The position numbers and the translations under genes were made by a program. A stretch of DNA of 20,000 nt, taken from positions 45,730 to 65,729 of the forward strand of contig CBDAVP010000013.1 in the NCBI GenBank assembly GCA_965201075.1, given 5' to 3'. This DNA comes from Isosphaeraceae bacterium (lineage in GTDB: Bacteria; Planctomycetota; Planctomycetia; Isosphaerales; Isosphaeraceae). Below the pieces are notes generated by a model. The model saw only the letters and a list, made by a program, of their open reading frames with translations, was not told the DNA's origin and ran no database searches. Position 1 is the stretch's first letter. The number at the start of each line of letters is the position of its first letter. Of the stretch, positions 8,603 to 17,830 are shown one piece after another.

Positions 8603-9367
8603 TTACTCCGCGGTCCAGCCGCCATCGATGACCAGGGACGACCCGGTCATCAGCGCGCTGGCGTCGCTGCACAGGAACACGATGGCGCCCATGAGGTCTT
8701 CGACCTGGCCGACCCGGCCAAGCTTGATCTTGCCGAGCACCCACTCGTTGAACGCTGGCTCCTGGAAGAAGGGCCGGGTCATCGGGGTTTCGATGAACGT
8801 CGGACAGAGCGTGTTCACCCGCACCTTGGACGGCCCGAGCTCGATCGCCGCTGCCTTGGTGAACCCTTCCATGGCGTGCTTGGTCGCCGCATAGACGCTG
8901 CGGCGCGGCCCGCCGACATGCCCCATCTGGCTGGACACGTTGACGATGCTGCCGCCGCGGCCAGACTCCACCATCGACCGCGCCGCCGCTTGCGCGGCGA
9001 AGAATGCCGCCCGGACGTTCAACGCCACCACCGCGTCAAAATCCGCCTCGGTCACCTCCAGGAACGGAGCGTGGCGTGACCCGCCGGCGTTGTTCACGAA
9101 CCCATCTAGCGGCCCAGCCCGCCGGATGACGTCCCGCACTGCCGACAGGTCCAGCACGTCCAGCACCACGGCCTCCGCACGTCCCCCGCCATCGCGTATG
9201 GCCTGGGCAGCAGCGTCGACCTCCGATCCGGTCCGCGCGGCCGCGATGACGTGCGCCCCGGCCTGGCCCAGTGACGCCGCGGCGGCCAGGCCGATGCCGC
9301 GCCCGGCGCCGGTCACCAGCACCCGCTTGCCGTCGAGCCGAAGCGAGGGTGTTTGCGGCAGCCGCAT
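8603..9367 (-). CDS. Classical SDR NAD(P)-dependent oxidoreductase partnered with the HisD-like gene
   Basis: MRLPQTPSLRLDGKRVLVTGAGRGIG, NNAG, NVSSQMG, YAATK and TGSSLVIDGGW; starts 7 nt after the HisD-like stop. Confidence 0.93.
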   Translation of the reverse strand: MRLPQTPSLRLDGKRVLVTGAGRGIGLAAAASLGQAGAHVIAAARTGSEVDAAAQAIRDGGGRAEAVVLDVLDLSAVRDVIRRAGPLDGFVNNAGGSRHAPFLEVTEADFDAVVALNVRAAFFAAQAAARSMVESGRGGSIVNVSSQMGHVGGPRRSVYAATKHAMEGFTKAAAIELGPSKVRVNTLCPTFIETPMTRPFFQEPAFNEWVLGKIKLGRVGQVEDLMGAIVFLCSDASALMTGSSLVIDGGWTAE

Positions 9368-9374
9368 CCCTGCC

Positions 9375-10682
9375 CTACTCCGCGGCCTGCGCGTATGGGA
9401 CGTTGCGGCCGCCGAAACGACGCACACGCACGTTGGCCTGCTCGGCGTGGCCGGCAAACCCTTCGAGCATACAGAGCCGAGAGGCATACTCACCGATCTC
9501 GGCGCTGGCTTGGTCGGTCAGCACGCGCTGATAGGTGCAGGTCTTGAGGAACTTGCCGACCCACAAGCCACCCGTATAGCGCGCCGCCTTCTTTGTCGGC
9601 AGCGTGTGGTTGGTGCCTATCACCTTGTCGCCGTAGGCGACGTTGGTACGCGTGCCCAGGAACAGCGCGCCGTAGTTGCGCATGTTCGCCAGGAAGTAAT
9701 CGGGATCCCGGGTCATGACCTGGACATGCTCGCTGGCGATGCGGTCGGCTTCACGGACCATCTCCGCGTCGTCCGTGCAGACGATCACCTCGCCATAGTC
9801 CTGCCAGGCCTTGCGGGCGATCTCGGCCGTGGGAAGTATGAGCAGCAGGCGCTCGATCTCCGCCATCGTCGCGCGGGCCAGGGCCTCGCTGGTGGTCAGC
9901 AGCACCGCCGGGCTGGTCGGTCCGTGCTCCGCTTGGCCCAACAGGTCGGTGGCACAGAGTTCCGCATCCGTGCTGTCATCCGCAATCACCAGCGTCTCGG
10001 TCGGCCCAGCAAACAGGTCGATGCCCACCCGCCCATACAGCTGCCGCTTCGCTTCAGCGACATAGGCGTTCCCCGGGCCAACGATCATGTCCATCGGCCG
10101 GATCGTCTCGGTGCCCAGCGCCATCGCCCCGACAGCCTGGACGCCGCCCAGGCAGTAGATCACGTCCGCCCCAGCCAGGTGCTGCGCCGCGACAACGGCA
10201 GGCGCCGGCTTCCCCTGGTAGGGCGGTGCGCAGGTGGCGATGTAGGGAACACCGGCCACCTTGGCCGTGATGACGCTCATATGGGCGCTGGCCAGCAGTG
10301 GATACTTGCCCCCAGGCACGTAGCAGCCCACCGACTCCACAGGGATGTTCTTGTGTCCCAACACGATACCCGGCAGTGTCTCGACCTCGAGGTCCCGCAC
10401 GCACTCACGCTGCTTCTGGGCGAAGTTGCGCACCTGCTCCTGCGCGAACCGGATATCGTCCAGGTCACGCGGACGCAGCTGGTCCAGGCACGCTTGGATC
10501 TCGGAATCCGTCAGGCGGTAGTCTGGCCGGTCCCAGCGGTCGAACTTGGCCGACATTTCCCGCACCGCGGCATCGCCGCGCGTCCTGATCTCCGCGAGGA
10601 TGCCTTCCACCACGGTCCGGACGTTGGCATCGTTCTCCGCGACGGCATCCGTGTCCATCCCGGCCTTCAAGATCTTGGGCAT
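9375..10682 (-). CDS. hisD: Histidinol dehydrogenase family protein (HisD paralog, HpsN-like clade; probably not the biosynthetic enzyme)
   Basis: ATG 10682 after [76 protein letters not shown] and LEGFAGHA. Confidence 0.9.
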   Translation of the reverse strand: MPKILKAGMDTDAVAENDANVRTVVEGILAEIRTRGDAAVREMSAKFDRWDRPDYRLTDSEIQACLDQLRPRDLDDIRFAQEQVRNFAQKQRECVRDLEVETLPGIVLGHKNIPVESVGCYVPGGKYPLLASAHMSVITAKVAGVPYIATCAPPYQGKPAPAVVAAQHLAGADVIYCLGGVQAVGAMALGTETIRPMDMIVGPGNAYVAEAKRQLYGRVGIDLFAGPTETLVIADDSTDAELCATDLLGQAEHGPTSPAVLLTTSEALARATMAEIERLLLILPTAEIARKAWQDYGEVIVCTDDAEMVREADRIASEHVQVMTRDPDYFLANMRNYGALFLGTRTNVAYGDKVIGTNHTLPTKKAARYTGGLWVGKFLKTCTYQRVLTDQASAEIGEYASRLCMLEGFAGHAEQANVRVRRFGGRNVPYAQAAE

Positions 10683-10772
10683 CTCGTGTCTCTCCCCCGT
10701 TTGATGTGTCACGGCATGCTGACCGTGGGAAGGGCGCCGCAGCGCGAACAAAACGCTATCGAGTTCCGACTG

Positions 10773-11843
10773 CTACGCTGCCGCTCCCTGATCCTGGCTG
10801 GGTGTCCGGGTCGTGAACCGGGCGTTGCCGAGACCGGTGCCGATCGTCATGACGCCCCACTGCCGGACATCACGCATGGCCGGCAGTTCGCTGAGGCCCT
10901 GCACGACGGCGTCATTGTGCATGATGACGGCGATGCCTCGGCCATCCGGGGTTCTCAGCTTGGATTGTATCTGGTCGGGCAAGTTGAAATCGCTGCCCTC
11001 CCAGTTTCCCGGCAGGTTCTGGCCACCGCGGTCGATGGTGCCGTCACCCAAGATCAGGCCCGGGCAGCCCACCCCCAGGAAAGGCGCCAAAGTAAGCCCC
11101 TGCTCCGCTGCGAGGCCGAGCATCTTGGCGACGAGCTCGACAAGCCGTTCAATGGCCGTTTCCCGGTCTGGTTGTTCCTCATGATGCTTCCAGACCTCGG
11201 AGCCAACTACTGCCGCGGCGGACAGGTCCTCCGCCGCATCCCGATTCAGGGCGACCAACCCGACCCGCATATTGCTTCCGCCGATATCGACGGCGACCAT
11301 CCCATCGTGTTCCCGGGTAAACTGGTCCGACACCAGGTGGACGGCGCCGATCAGCCCGGCTTGATCCGGATCGTGCCGTATCGGGACCAGCCCAAGTGTT
11401 ACGCCTTCTCCCCGCAGCAGGGATGTCGTGCGGCCGATTGCCAGTTCGCCGACACGGGATCCCCGCAATCCCCCGCCGACGACGATGCGCTGCGTATCGT
11501 GCCATTCCTCCAACCGCAGGAAACGCCGGATTACATGGGCGAATTCCTGCGCCCAAGCCTCGATCGCTCCGACGATAAGCCCACCTGCCTCCGCATCGCC
11601 GGAGATCAGCAGCCGATCGAGGTCGTCCATGCTGATCCCGCGTGGCGCCCCGCCTGACTCCCCGCCTGTCGCCTCTGTGCCGAGCGGGTCGGCCGATTGC
11701 GGGAACAGGTCCCGCAGGTCGTCCACGATGCTTCGGAATGCCCGGCTACTAGCGCGGTCGCCGATGAAGCCCTCATGGTCGCGAAGCTCGGCATTGTAGG
11801 CATCAACCGTTACACCCGGAAGAACAGAACTGCCGTGATGCAT
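10773..11843 (-). CDS. ROK-family sugar-kinase-like protein with permuted motif order
   Basis: IVVGGG (aa 120-125), AGLIGA (162-167), VDIGGSN (185-191), GVGCPG (257-262), NDA (310-312) and TIGTGLG (333-339); starts 9 nt after the glgX stop. Confidence 0.85.
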   Translation of the reverse strand: MHHGSSVLPGVTVDAYNAELRDHEGFIGDRASSRAFRSIVDDLRDLFPQSADPLGTEATGGESGGAPRGISMDDLDRLLISGDAEAGGLIVGAIEAWAQEFAHVIRRFLRLEEWHDTQRIVVGGGLRGSRVGELAIGRTTSLLRGEGVTLGLVPIRHDPDQAGLIGAVHLVSDQFTREHDGMVAVDIGGSNMRVGLVALNRDAAEDLSAAAVVGSEVWKHHEEQPDRETAIERLVELVAKMLGLAAEQGLTLAPFLGVGCPGLILGDGTIDRGGQNLPGNWEGSDFNLPDQIQSKLRTPDGRGIAVIMHNDAVVQGLSELPAMRDVRQWGVMTIGTGLGNARFTTRTPSQDQGAAA

Positions 11844-11852
11844 GGCCGCCGC

Positions 11853-13979
11853 CTACTTATGCAACACGAACAGCAACATAGACCGTGCCGTGACACCGTA
11901 TACTTCGCCGATCTTGAAACGCTGCCCATCGTCACGGTCGGGGACATTGGTGTCGAACAGCAATTCCCAATCCTTGCCGTCCGTGCAGTCCGGCAGGGTG
12001 AAGCCGACCTGGTCGAAATGGGCATTGAACACGATCAGGGCTGTCGAGTCCGAACCAGGCCGGCGGATGCCGGTGGGCTGTGCCCGGCCGTCCATCACCA
12101 TGCCGAAGCACTTCATGTTGCTGTCGCCCCACTCCTCCGGACGCATCTCCATGCCATTGGCGTTCACCCAGGTCACGTCCTTGACGTTCAGGTCCACGAT
12201 CTGCGCCCCGGTCAGGAACCGGGAACGGCGCAGGATGGGGTAGCGATGGCGCAGGCGGGTCAGCTTACGGACGAAGTCGGCTTGCTTCTGGGCCCACTCC
12301 GGCAAGTCCCAGTCCAGCCAGCTAATCTCGTTGTCCTGACAGTAGGCGTTGTTGTTGCCGCCCTGGCTGCGCCCGAACTCGTCGCCTGCCAGCAGCATCG
12401 GCGTTCCCTGGGCCAACACCAGCGTTGCCAGCATGTTGCGCATCTGGCGATGCCGCAGCTCGTTGATTGCGGGGTCGCTGGTTTCACCCTCGACGCCGTG
12501 GTTCCAGCTGCGGTTGTGGCTATGGCCGTCCCGGTTGTTCTCGCCGTTCGCCTCGTTGTGCTTCTCGTTGTAGGAAACGGTATCGTGCAGCGTGAAGCCA
12601 TCATGGGCCGTCAGGAAGTTCACGCTGGCCCAGGGCTTCCGACCCCGCTTGTTGAACAGGTCGGCGGACGCGCACATACGGGCTGCCAGGGATGGCGCGG
12701 TCCCGGCGTCGCCCTTCCAGAACTCACGCACTTCGTCGCGGAACTTGTCGTTCCACTCCGCCCAGCCAGGCGGGAATTGCCCGACCTGGTAGCCGCCCGG
12801 GCCGATATCCCATGGTTCCGCAATCAGCTTGACGCTGGACAGCACGGGATCCTGGCGGCACGCGTCCAGGAACCCACCACTCTCGTCGAAACCGTATGGC
12901 TCCCTGGCCAGGATGGTGCCGAGATCGAAGCGGAACCCATCCACGTGCATCTCCTGCACCCAGTAGCGCAGGCTGTCCGTGACAAGCTGCAGCACACGGG
13001 AATGGGACAGGTTGAAGGTGTTACCGGTGCCGGTGTCGTTGATGTAGTAGCGGTTCTGGTCCGGCAGCAGCCGGTAGTAGCTGGCGTTGTCGATACCCTT
13101 GAACGACAGGGTCGCGCCCCGCTCATTCCCCTCGGCCGTATGGTTGTAGACGACGTCCAGGATGACCTCGATCCCCGCATCGTGCAGGTGGGCCACCATC
13201 TCCTTGAATTCGGCGTGAGCGAAGGCTGGCTTGCTGGAATAGCGTGGGTCCGGTGCGAAGAAGCCGATCGTGTTGTAGCCCCAGTAGTTGACCAGATCCT
13301 TCTGCACCAGCATGTCGTCGTCGACGAAGGTATGGATGGGCAGCAGCTCGACAGCTGTGACGCCGAGCGAGCGGATATGGTCAACCACTTCCTTGCGGGA
13401 CAAGCCGCTGAACGTTCCGCGCAACTCGGGCGGCACAGCGGGATGACGCTTGGTGAAGCCCTTGACGTGGGTCTCGTAGAAGATCGACCGCTCCCAGGAG
13501 ATCGACGGCTTCCTGTCCCGCAGCCAGGTGAATGCCGGGTCGATCACGACGCATTTCGGCATATGGGCTGCGCTGTCGCGCGTATCGAACGTCAGGTCGT
13601 CCCCGGTTTCCATCTGGTAGCCGAACAGCTCGGGACCCCAGGTCAGGGTGCCGACGTGGCCCTTGGCATAGGGATCCAGGACCAGCTTGTTCGGGTTGAA
13701 GCGGTGTCCGGCTTCCGGCTCATACGGTCCGTGGACGCGGTAGCCATACACCATGCCAGGGCGGGCGTCCGGCAGGTACCCGTGCCACACCTCGTCGGTG
13801 AATTCCGGCAGCTCAAGCCGCTCCAGCTCCACCTTGCCTTCCTGGTCGAACAAACACAGTTCGACCTTCGTCGCATTGGCGGAGAACAGCGCGAAGTTGA
13901 CGCCAACCCCGTCCCACGTGGCCCCGAGTGGATGCGGCAAACCTTCCGCGATGCGGGATGCTGACGTGGCATAGTCCAT
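11853..13979 (-). CDS. glgX: Glycogen debranching enzyme GlgX (GH13 isoamylase)
   Basis: PHPLGATWDG.GVNFALFS, NPNKLVLDPYA, IFYETHVKGFT, NYWGYNT, LDVVYNHTAEG, DGFRFDL, KLIAEPWD, NFLTAHDGFTL and QGTPMLLAGDE. Confidence 0.97.
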   Translation of the reverse strand: MDYATSASRIAEGLPHPLGATWDGVGVNFALFSANATKVELCLFDQEGKVELERLELPEFTDEVWHGYLPDARPGMVYGYRVHGPYEPEAGHRFNPNKLVLDPYAKGHVGTLTWGPELFGYQMETGDDLTFDTRDSAAHMPKCVVIDPAFTWLRDRKPSISWERSIFYETHVKGFTKRHPAVPPELRGTFSGLSRKEVVDHIRSLGVTAVELLPIHTFVDDDMLVQKDLVNYWGYNTIGFFAPDPRYSSKPAFAHAEFKEMVAHLHDAGIEVILDVVYNHTAEGNERGATLSFKGIDNASYYRLLPDQNRYYINDTGTGNTFNLSHSRVLQLVTDSLRYWVQEMHVDGFRFDLGTILAREPYGFDESGGFLDACRQDPVLSSVKLIAEPWDIGPGGYQVGQFPPGWAEWNDKFRDEVREFWKGDAGTAPSLAARMCASADLFNKRGRKPWASVNFLTAHDGFTLHDTVSYNEKHNEANGENNRDGHSHNRSWNHGVEGETSDPAINELRHRQMRNMLATLVLAQGTPMLLAGDEFGRSQGGNNNAYCQDNEISWLDWDLPEWAQKQADFVRKLTRLRHRYPILRRSRFLTGAQIVDLNVKDVTWVNANGMEMRPEEWGDSNMKCFGMVMDGRAQPTGIRRPGSDSTALIVFNAHFDQVGFTLPDCTDGKDWELLFDTNVPDRDDGQRFKIGEVYGVTARSMLLFVLHK

Positions 13980-14054
13980 AGTGCTGGTTCCCCGAGTGGC
14001 GCGTGCGCGATGCTTGGAGCAACAGCGCCGACAAGGCACATAGGTTTCAACGCG

Positions 14055-16097
14055 TCAGACAGCCACCTGCGTATGACGCACCGTGCCGAGGGTCGGCAGC
14101 ATCGGCAGCAGATCCTTCAAATCGCGCTCCGCCACGCAGCACAGGTAGTGCCGAACGGTCGGTACCTCCCCCTGTGTTTCCGGCAGGGGCAGCCCGTCAC
14201 GTCCTAGCGGCAAGGCAGCCAGGCCGAGGTCGCCGTAGATATGCAGCAGGTCCGGCCCCGCCAACCACACCGCGGGGTCCAGGCCTTCCTGCACGGCCAG
14301 GTCCCGCAACCGCCATATCGCGGATGCCTGGTCGGATGCGGAGCCAGCCGGGTCACCCAGGCCGACAATCACTCGGCCCATGCGGCGGAACGGAATGCCG
14401 GCCCGGTTCTTCTCCCCCATCACAAGGCCGTCGGCTTCCGGCGGCGGCACGGCGCCGAGTGCGGCATACCGCAGCCGCCCTTCGCCCGCCCAAGGCACCC
14501 ATCCGACGCGGCCTGGCCGCACGAGACGCCATAGGGCGAGCATGGCCAGCACGACGGCCAGGGCGACGGTGATGCGCAGGCCGTTCGGCACCTCACGCGA
14601 CAGCACCACCTCCCACCAGCTGTTCTCGGACAAGCCGCGGAGGTGGGGCTCAAACAAAGCGAGGGCGATGGTGCAACCCAGCAGGCCGATCAGCGGTAAT
14701 GCCGTCCCGGTCTGCAGCGGTCCATTGATCAGCCTGGCATGGCGGTAGAACGCGCTGCGGATCGGTGTCAGCAGCAACGCCACCACGACCAGCACAGCCG
14801 GAACCCAGAAGGTCGTACCTTGGGCCGCCGTGAAGGCGGCCGCGATCAGCAGCAGCGCCATCGTCGCACCCCAAGCAAGCGTCACCCGCTGCGCCAAGCC
14901 GATGGCCAGAACGATCAATCCGGCACCGATCAGGCTGGGCACGAACTGGCCGGCATTCGCCGCGGTTTCCGCGAAATCAGGGTCGATCCAGGAGAAGTCC
15001 GGCCGCTGGTCCAGCACCCCGAGCGACAGCAGCATGATCCCGCACAGCGTGACGGCACCAGTCGATGTCGCCACCGCGAAGCTGGGATCGGTCCAGCGGG
15101 ACACGGCTTCCGCTGCCCGGCCGAGCGCCCTGCCCTTCAGCAAGCTGCCGCCACGCAGGACCAGCTCGTTCCCGGCAAACAAGCCGCCCGCCAGGAACAA
15201 AGGGATGATATAGTAGTACAGCCGGAACACGACGATGGCGCCCAGGATCTGCGGCGGCGCCAGATAGGGTCCCAACCCCAGCAGCATCGCGGTATCGAAC
15301 ACGCCGATGCCACCTGGCAGGTTTGCTGCAAGGCCGGCGGTGTAGGATGCCACGTACACGGCCAGGAACCGCACGAACGTCAGGTCGGGCACGCCCGGCT
15401 TGTGCGGCATGGCAGGCAGCAGCGCGTAGAAGATCGCCGCCGTCACCGCCACGTCCACCGTCGCGAGCAGCACCTGCACGACCGCCATGCGGAACCCCGG
15501 CAACTCGGCCGAATGCCCGAACAAGCGGATGGTCCCGACCACCTTGGCCAAGGCGACATAGGCGGCAACGATGGCCCAAAGGCCCGCACCGATCGCATAC
15601 ATCGCCCAGCGCGGCATCACCTCCCCGAAGAAAGGAACGGCGTCCGGTTCCGTGAACAGGATGATGCCACCCAGCACCATGCCCCCCAGGCCGAAGGTCA
15701 GGCTGCAGAACGCCACGACCTTAGCGATCTGGAACGGCGTCAACCCCCAGTGCGCATACAGCCGGTACCGTACCGCGGCCCCCGACACCGCGGCGAAACC
15801 CAGGTTGTGCGACAGCGAGTAGGCGCAGAACGATGCGAATGCGACCTTGCCGTAGCTGGTCTTGTGGCCGGCATACATCGTCCCCAGCCGGTCATAGAAC
15901 GTCAGGATGCCATACGACAGGATGGTCCAAACAAACGAGATGCCCAACGCATGGACGGGTATGGCCGACAGTGCCGCCGAGATATCCGCGATCCTGAGGT
16001 GGCGAAACTCCTTCCAAACGACATAAACGGCCCCGACAAGGAGCACGATGCCCAGCAAGGCCGGGAGATGGCGGGCCGCTTTCTTGAACAGGTTCAT
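14055..16097 (-). CDS. MprF-like membrane protein (lysylphosphatidylglycerol synthase/flippase TM region) with shortened C-terminal domain
   Basis: About 14 TM segments with LTFYDRL, SHNLGF..VSGAAVRYRLY, PGGIGVFD and FRLYYYIIP; the C-terminal LGDPAG..IWRLRD..YGDLGL..LG matches the start of the MprF soluble domain. Begins 3 nt after the LysRS stop. Confidence 0.85.
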   Translation of the reverse strand: MNLFKKAARHLPALLGIVLLVGAVYVVWKEFRHLRIADISAALSAIPVHALGISFVWTILSYGILTFYDRLGTMYAGHKTSYGKVAFASFCAYSLSHNLGFAAVSGAAVRYRLYAHWGLTPFQIAKVVAFCSLTFGLGGMVLGGIILFTEPDAVPFFGEVMPRWAMYAIGAGLWAIVAAYVALAKVVGTIRLFGHSAELPGFRMAVVQVLLATVDVAVTAAIFYALLPAMPHKPGVPDLTFVRFLAVYVASYTAGLAANLPGGIGVFDTAMLLGLGPYLAPPQILGAIVVFRLYYYIIPLFLAGGLFAGNELVLRGGSLLKGRALGRAAEAVSRWTDPSFAVATSTGAVTLCGIMLLSLGVLDQRPDFSWIDPDFAETAANAGQFVPSLIGAGLIVLAIGLAQRVTLAWGATMALLLIAAAFTAAQGTTFWVPAVLVVVALLLTPIRSAFYRHARLINGPLQTGTALPLIGLLGCTIALALFEPHLRGLSENSWWEVVLSREVPNGLRITVALAVVLAMLALWRLVRPGRVGWVPWAGEGRLRYAALGAVPPPEADGLVMGEKNRAGIPFRRMGRVIVGLGDPAGSASDQASAIWRLRDLAVQEGLDPAVWLAGPDLLHIYGDLGLAALPLGRDGLPLPETQGEVPTVRHYLCCVAERDLKDLLPMLPTLGTVRHTQVAV

Positions 16098-16100
16098 GTC

Positions 16101-17687
16101 TCAGGCCGCAACTGCTGGCCGGGTCAGTGCGGAGTCGATCAGCGCAATCGTCTCGGGCACGCCGTATAGTGCGACGAAGCCGCCGAAACGTGGTCCCTCC
16201 GTCTGACCGAGAAGAACCTGGTACAAGCAACCGAACCAGTCCCGCAGCGACGGGAACGGATGCCGCTTCCCGACCTCGAATACAACGTTCTGGATCGCCT
16301 CGGCGCCCACTCCGGCATCCAGGCCCCGCAGCGTTTCTGCCAGGTCCGCCAATGCCGTGCGCTCGAAGGCTTGCGGCAGGCGATAGGCCTTGGTCGGCCG
16401 CACGAAGTCCCGGTAATAGGCGATCGCATGCCCGATCAGCCGGTCGAGGTACGGCATCGCGTCCGGTGATGCCTGCGGGCTGTAACGGCGCAGGAAGCCC
16501 CACAGGATGTCGGGCGTGTCTGCATTCACGACCGAGACGAGATTCAGCAACATCGCGAACGGGACAGGGCTGGCGGCATCGGCGCGGTGCTGCCCCCCCT
16601 GGACATGCCAGGCCGGGTTGACGTGGGCAGCTGCCTCGTCCTGCTCCGGCAGGCGGCTCGATTGGCCGAGGTACTCGTCCACCGCCTTCGGTATGACGTC
16701 GAAGAACAGCCGCTTCGCGCGGTGCGGCGCCTGATACATGAAGTAGCCCAGGCTCTCGGGCGGCGCATACCGCAACCAATCCTCGACGGCCAGGCCGTTG
16801 CCCTTGCTTTTGCTGATCTTCCCGCCATCCTCGTCCAGGAACAATTCGTAGGTGAAGCCGACCGGCGGCTCCTGTCCCAGGATGCGGCAGATACGGCTGG
16901 ACAGGTGCACGGAGTCGATCAGGTCCTTGCCCGACATCTCGTAATCGACCTGCAGGGCGTACCATCGCATGGCCCAGTCGGCTTTCCATTGCAGCTTCGC
17001 CCCGCCGCCCAGCACCGATGTCTCGATGTGTTCGCCGCTTTCCGGGTCTTGCCAGGTCGCCGTTCCCGCCTGGGGGTCCACACGATCGATCCTGACCTGC
17101 ATCACCCGGCCGGTGCGCGGGTGGATGGGCAGCACAGGAGAATAGCTGGCGCGGCGATCCGGCCCGAGTGTGGGCAGGACCGCTGCCCTGATCTCATCAT
17201 GCAATTCCAGCACACGGCGCAGCGCGGGGTCGAACCGTCCCGACTTGTAGTAGTCCGTGCTGGACGCGAATTCGTACTCGAACCCGAACCCGTCCAGGAA
17301 CGACCGCAGCCTGGCATTGTTGTGGGCGCCGAAGCTTGCGTGCGTCCCGAACGGATCGGGCACTTCCGTGAGCGGCTTGCCGATGAAGCCTGCCAGCATG
17401 TCCCGGTTCGGGACGTTGTCGGGAACCTTGCGCAGGCCGTCCATGTCGTCGCTGAACGCCAGCAGCCGGCTCGGAAGGCCGGTCAGCGTGGTGAAGGCCT
17501 GCCGGACCCAGCTGGTGCGCGCCACCTCTCCGAACGTGCCGATATGCGGCAGGCCGGACGGGCCATATCCCGTCTCGAACAAGGCGGTTTGCTTGCCCGT
17601 TGCGGCAAGCCGGGCCGCGATTTTGGCTGCTTCCTCGAACGGCCAGGCCTTCGGGGGCGCAGCATTGTTTCGCACTGTGTCGGGCAT
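16101..17687 (-). CDS. lysS: Lysine--tRNA ligase, class I (LysK type)
   Basis: [26 protein letters not shown] (HIGH), [38 protein letters not shown] (KMSKS) and GPRFGGF; alphaproteobacterial-type class I LysRS. Confidence 0.97.
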   Translation of the reverse strand: MPDTVRNNAAPPKAWPFEEAAKIAARLAATGKQTALFETGYGPSGLPHIGTFGEVARTSWVRQAFTTLTGLPSRLLAFSDDMDGLRKVPDNVPNRDMLAGFIGKPLTEVPDPFGTHASFGAHNNARLRSFLDGFGFEYEFASSTDYYKSGRFDPALRRVLELHDEIRAAVLPTLGPDRRASYSPVLPIHPRTGRVMQVRIDRVDPQAGTATWQDPESGEHIETSVLGGGAKLQWKADWAMRWYALQVDYEMSGKDLIDSVHLSSRICRILGQEPPVGFTYELFLDEDGGKISKSKGNGLAVEDWLRYAPPESLGYFMYQAPHRAKRLFFDVIPKAVDEYLGQSSRLPEQDEAAAHVNPAWHVQGGQHRADAASPVPFAMLLNLVSVVNADTPDILWGFLRRYSPQASPDAMPYLDRLIGHAIAYYRDFVRPTKAYRLPQAFERTALADLAETLRGLDAGVGAEAIQNVVFEVGKRHPFPSLRDWFGCLYQVLLGQTEGPRFGGFVALYGVPETIALIDSALTRPAVAA

Positions 17688-17830
17688 GGGAAGGAAGCTA
17701 TGCATGGGGCCGAACCCGGTCAACGGGCGGCAGGGCGCCCGAAGCAAGAACGCCCAAACCCCGTGCCTCGGCGAAGCAAAGCGCGGCTGCGCCGTTGCCG
17801 TGCCGCGGACGGAGGTGATAGCACCGGCCT

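Noticed and set aside
10710..10727. Short inverted repeat CACGG-N8-CCGTG upstream of the HisD-like gene
   Set aside because: 5-bp arms are expected by chance at this GC content, and no regulator is adjacent.
8940..11657. 905-aa plus-strand ORF
   Set aside because: Antisense shadow of the SDR, HisD-like and ROK genes; no motifs; long stop-free antisense frames are expected at high GC3.
11697..13964. 755-aa plus-strand ORF
   Set aside because: Antisense to the clearly conserved glgX; no recognisable domain.
13995..14052. EcfG-type general-stress promoter upstream of glgX (GAAAC...TGTT)
   Set aside because: Imperfect -35 and a 19-nt spacer, longer than the GGAAC-N16/17-CGTT consensus.
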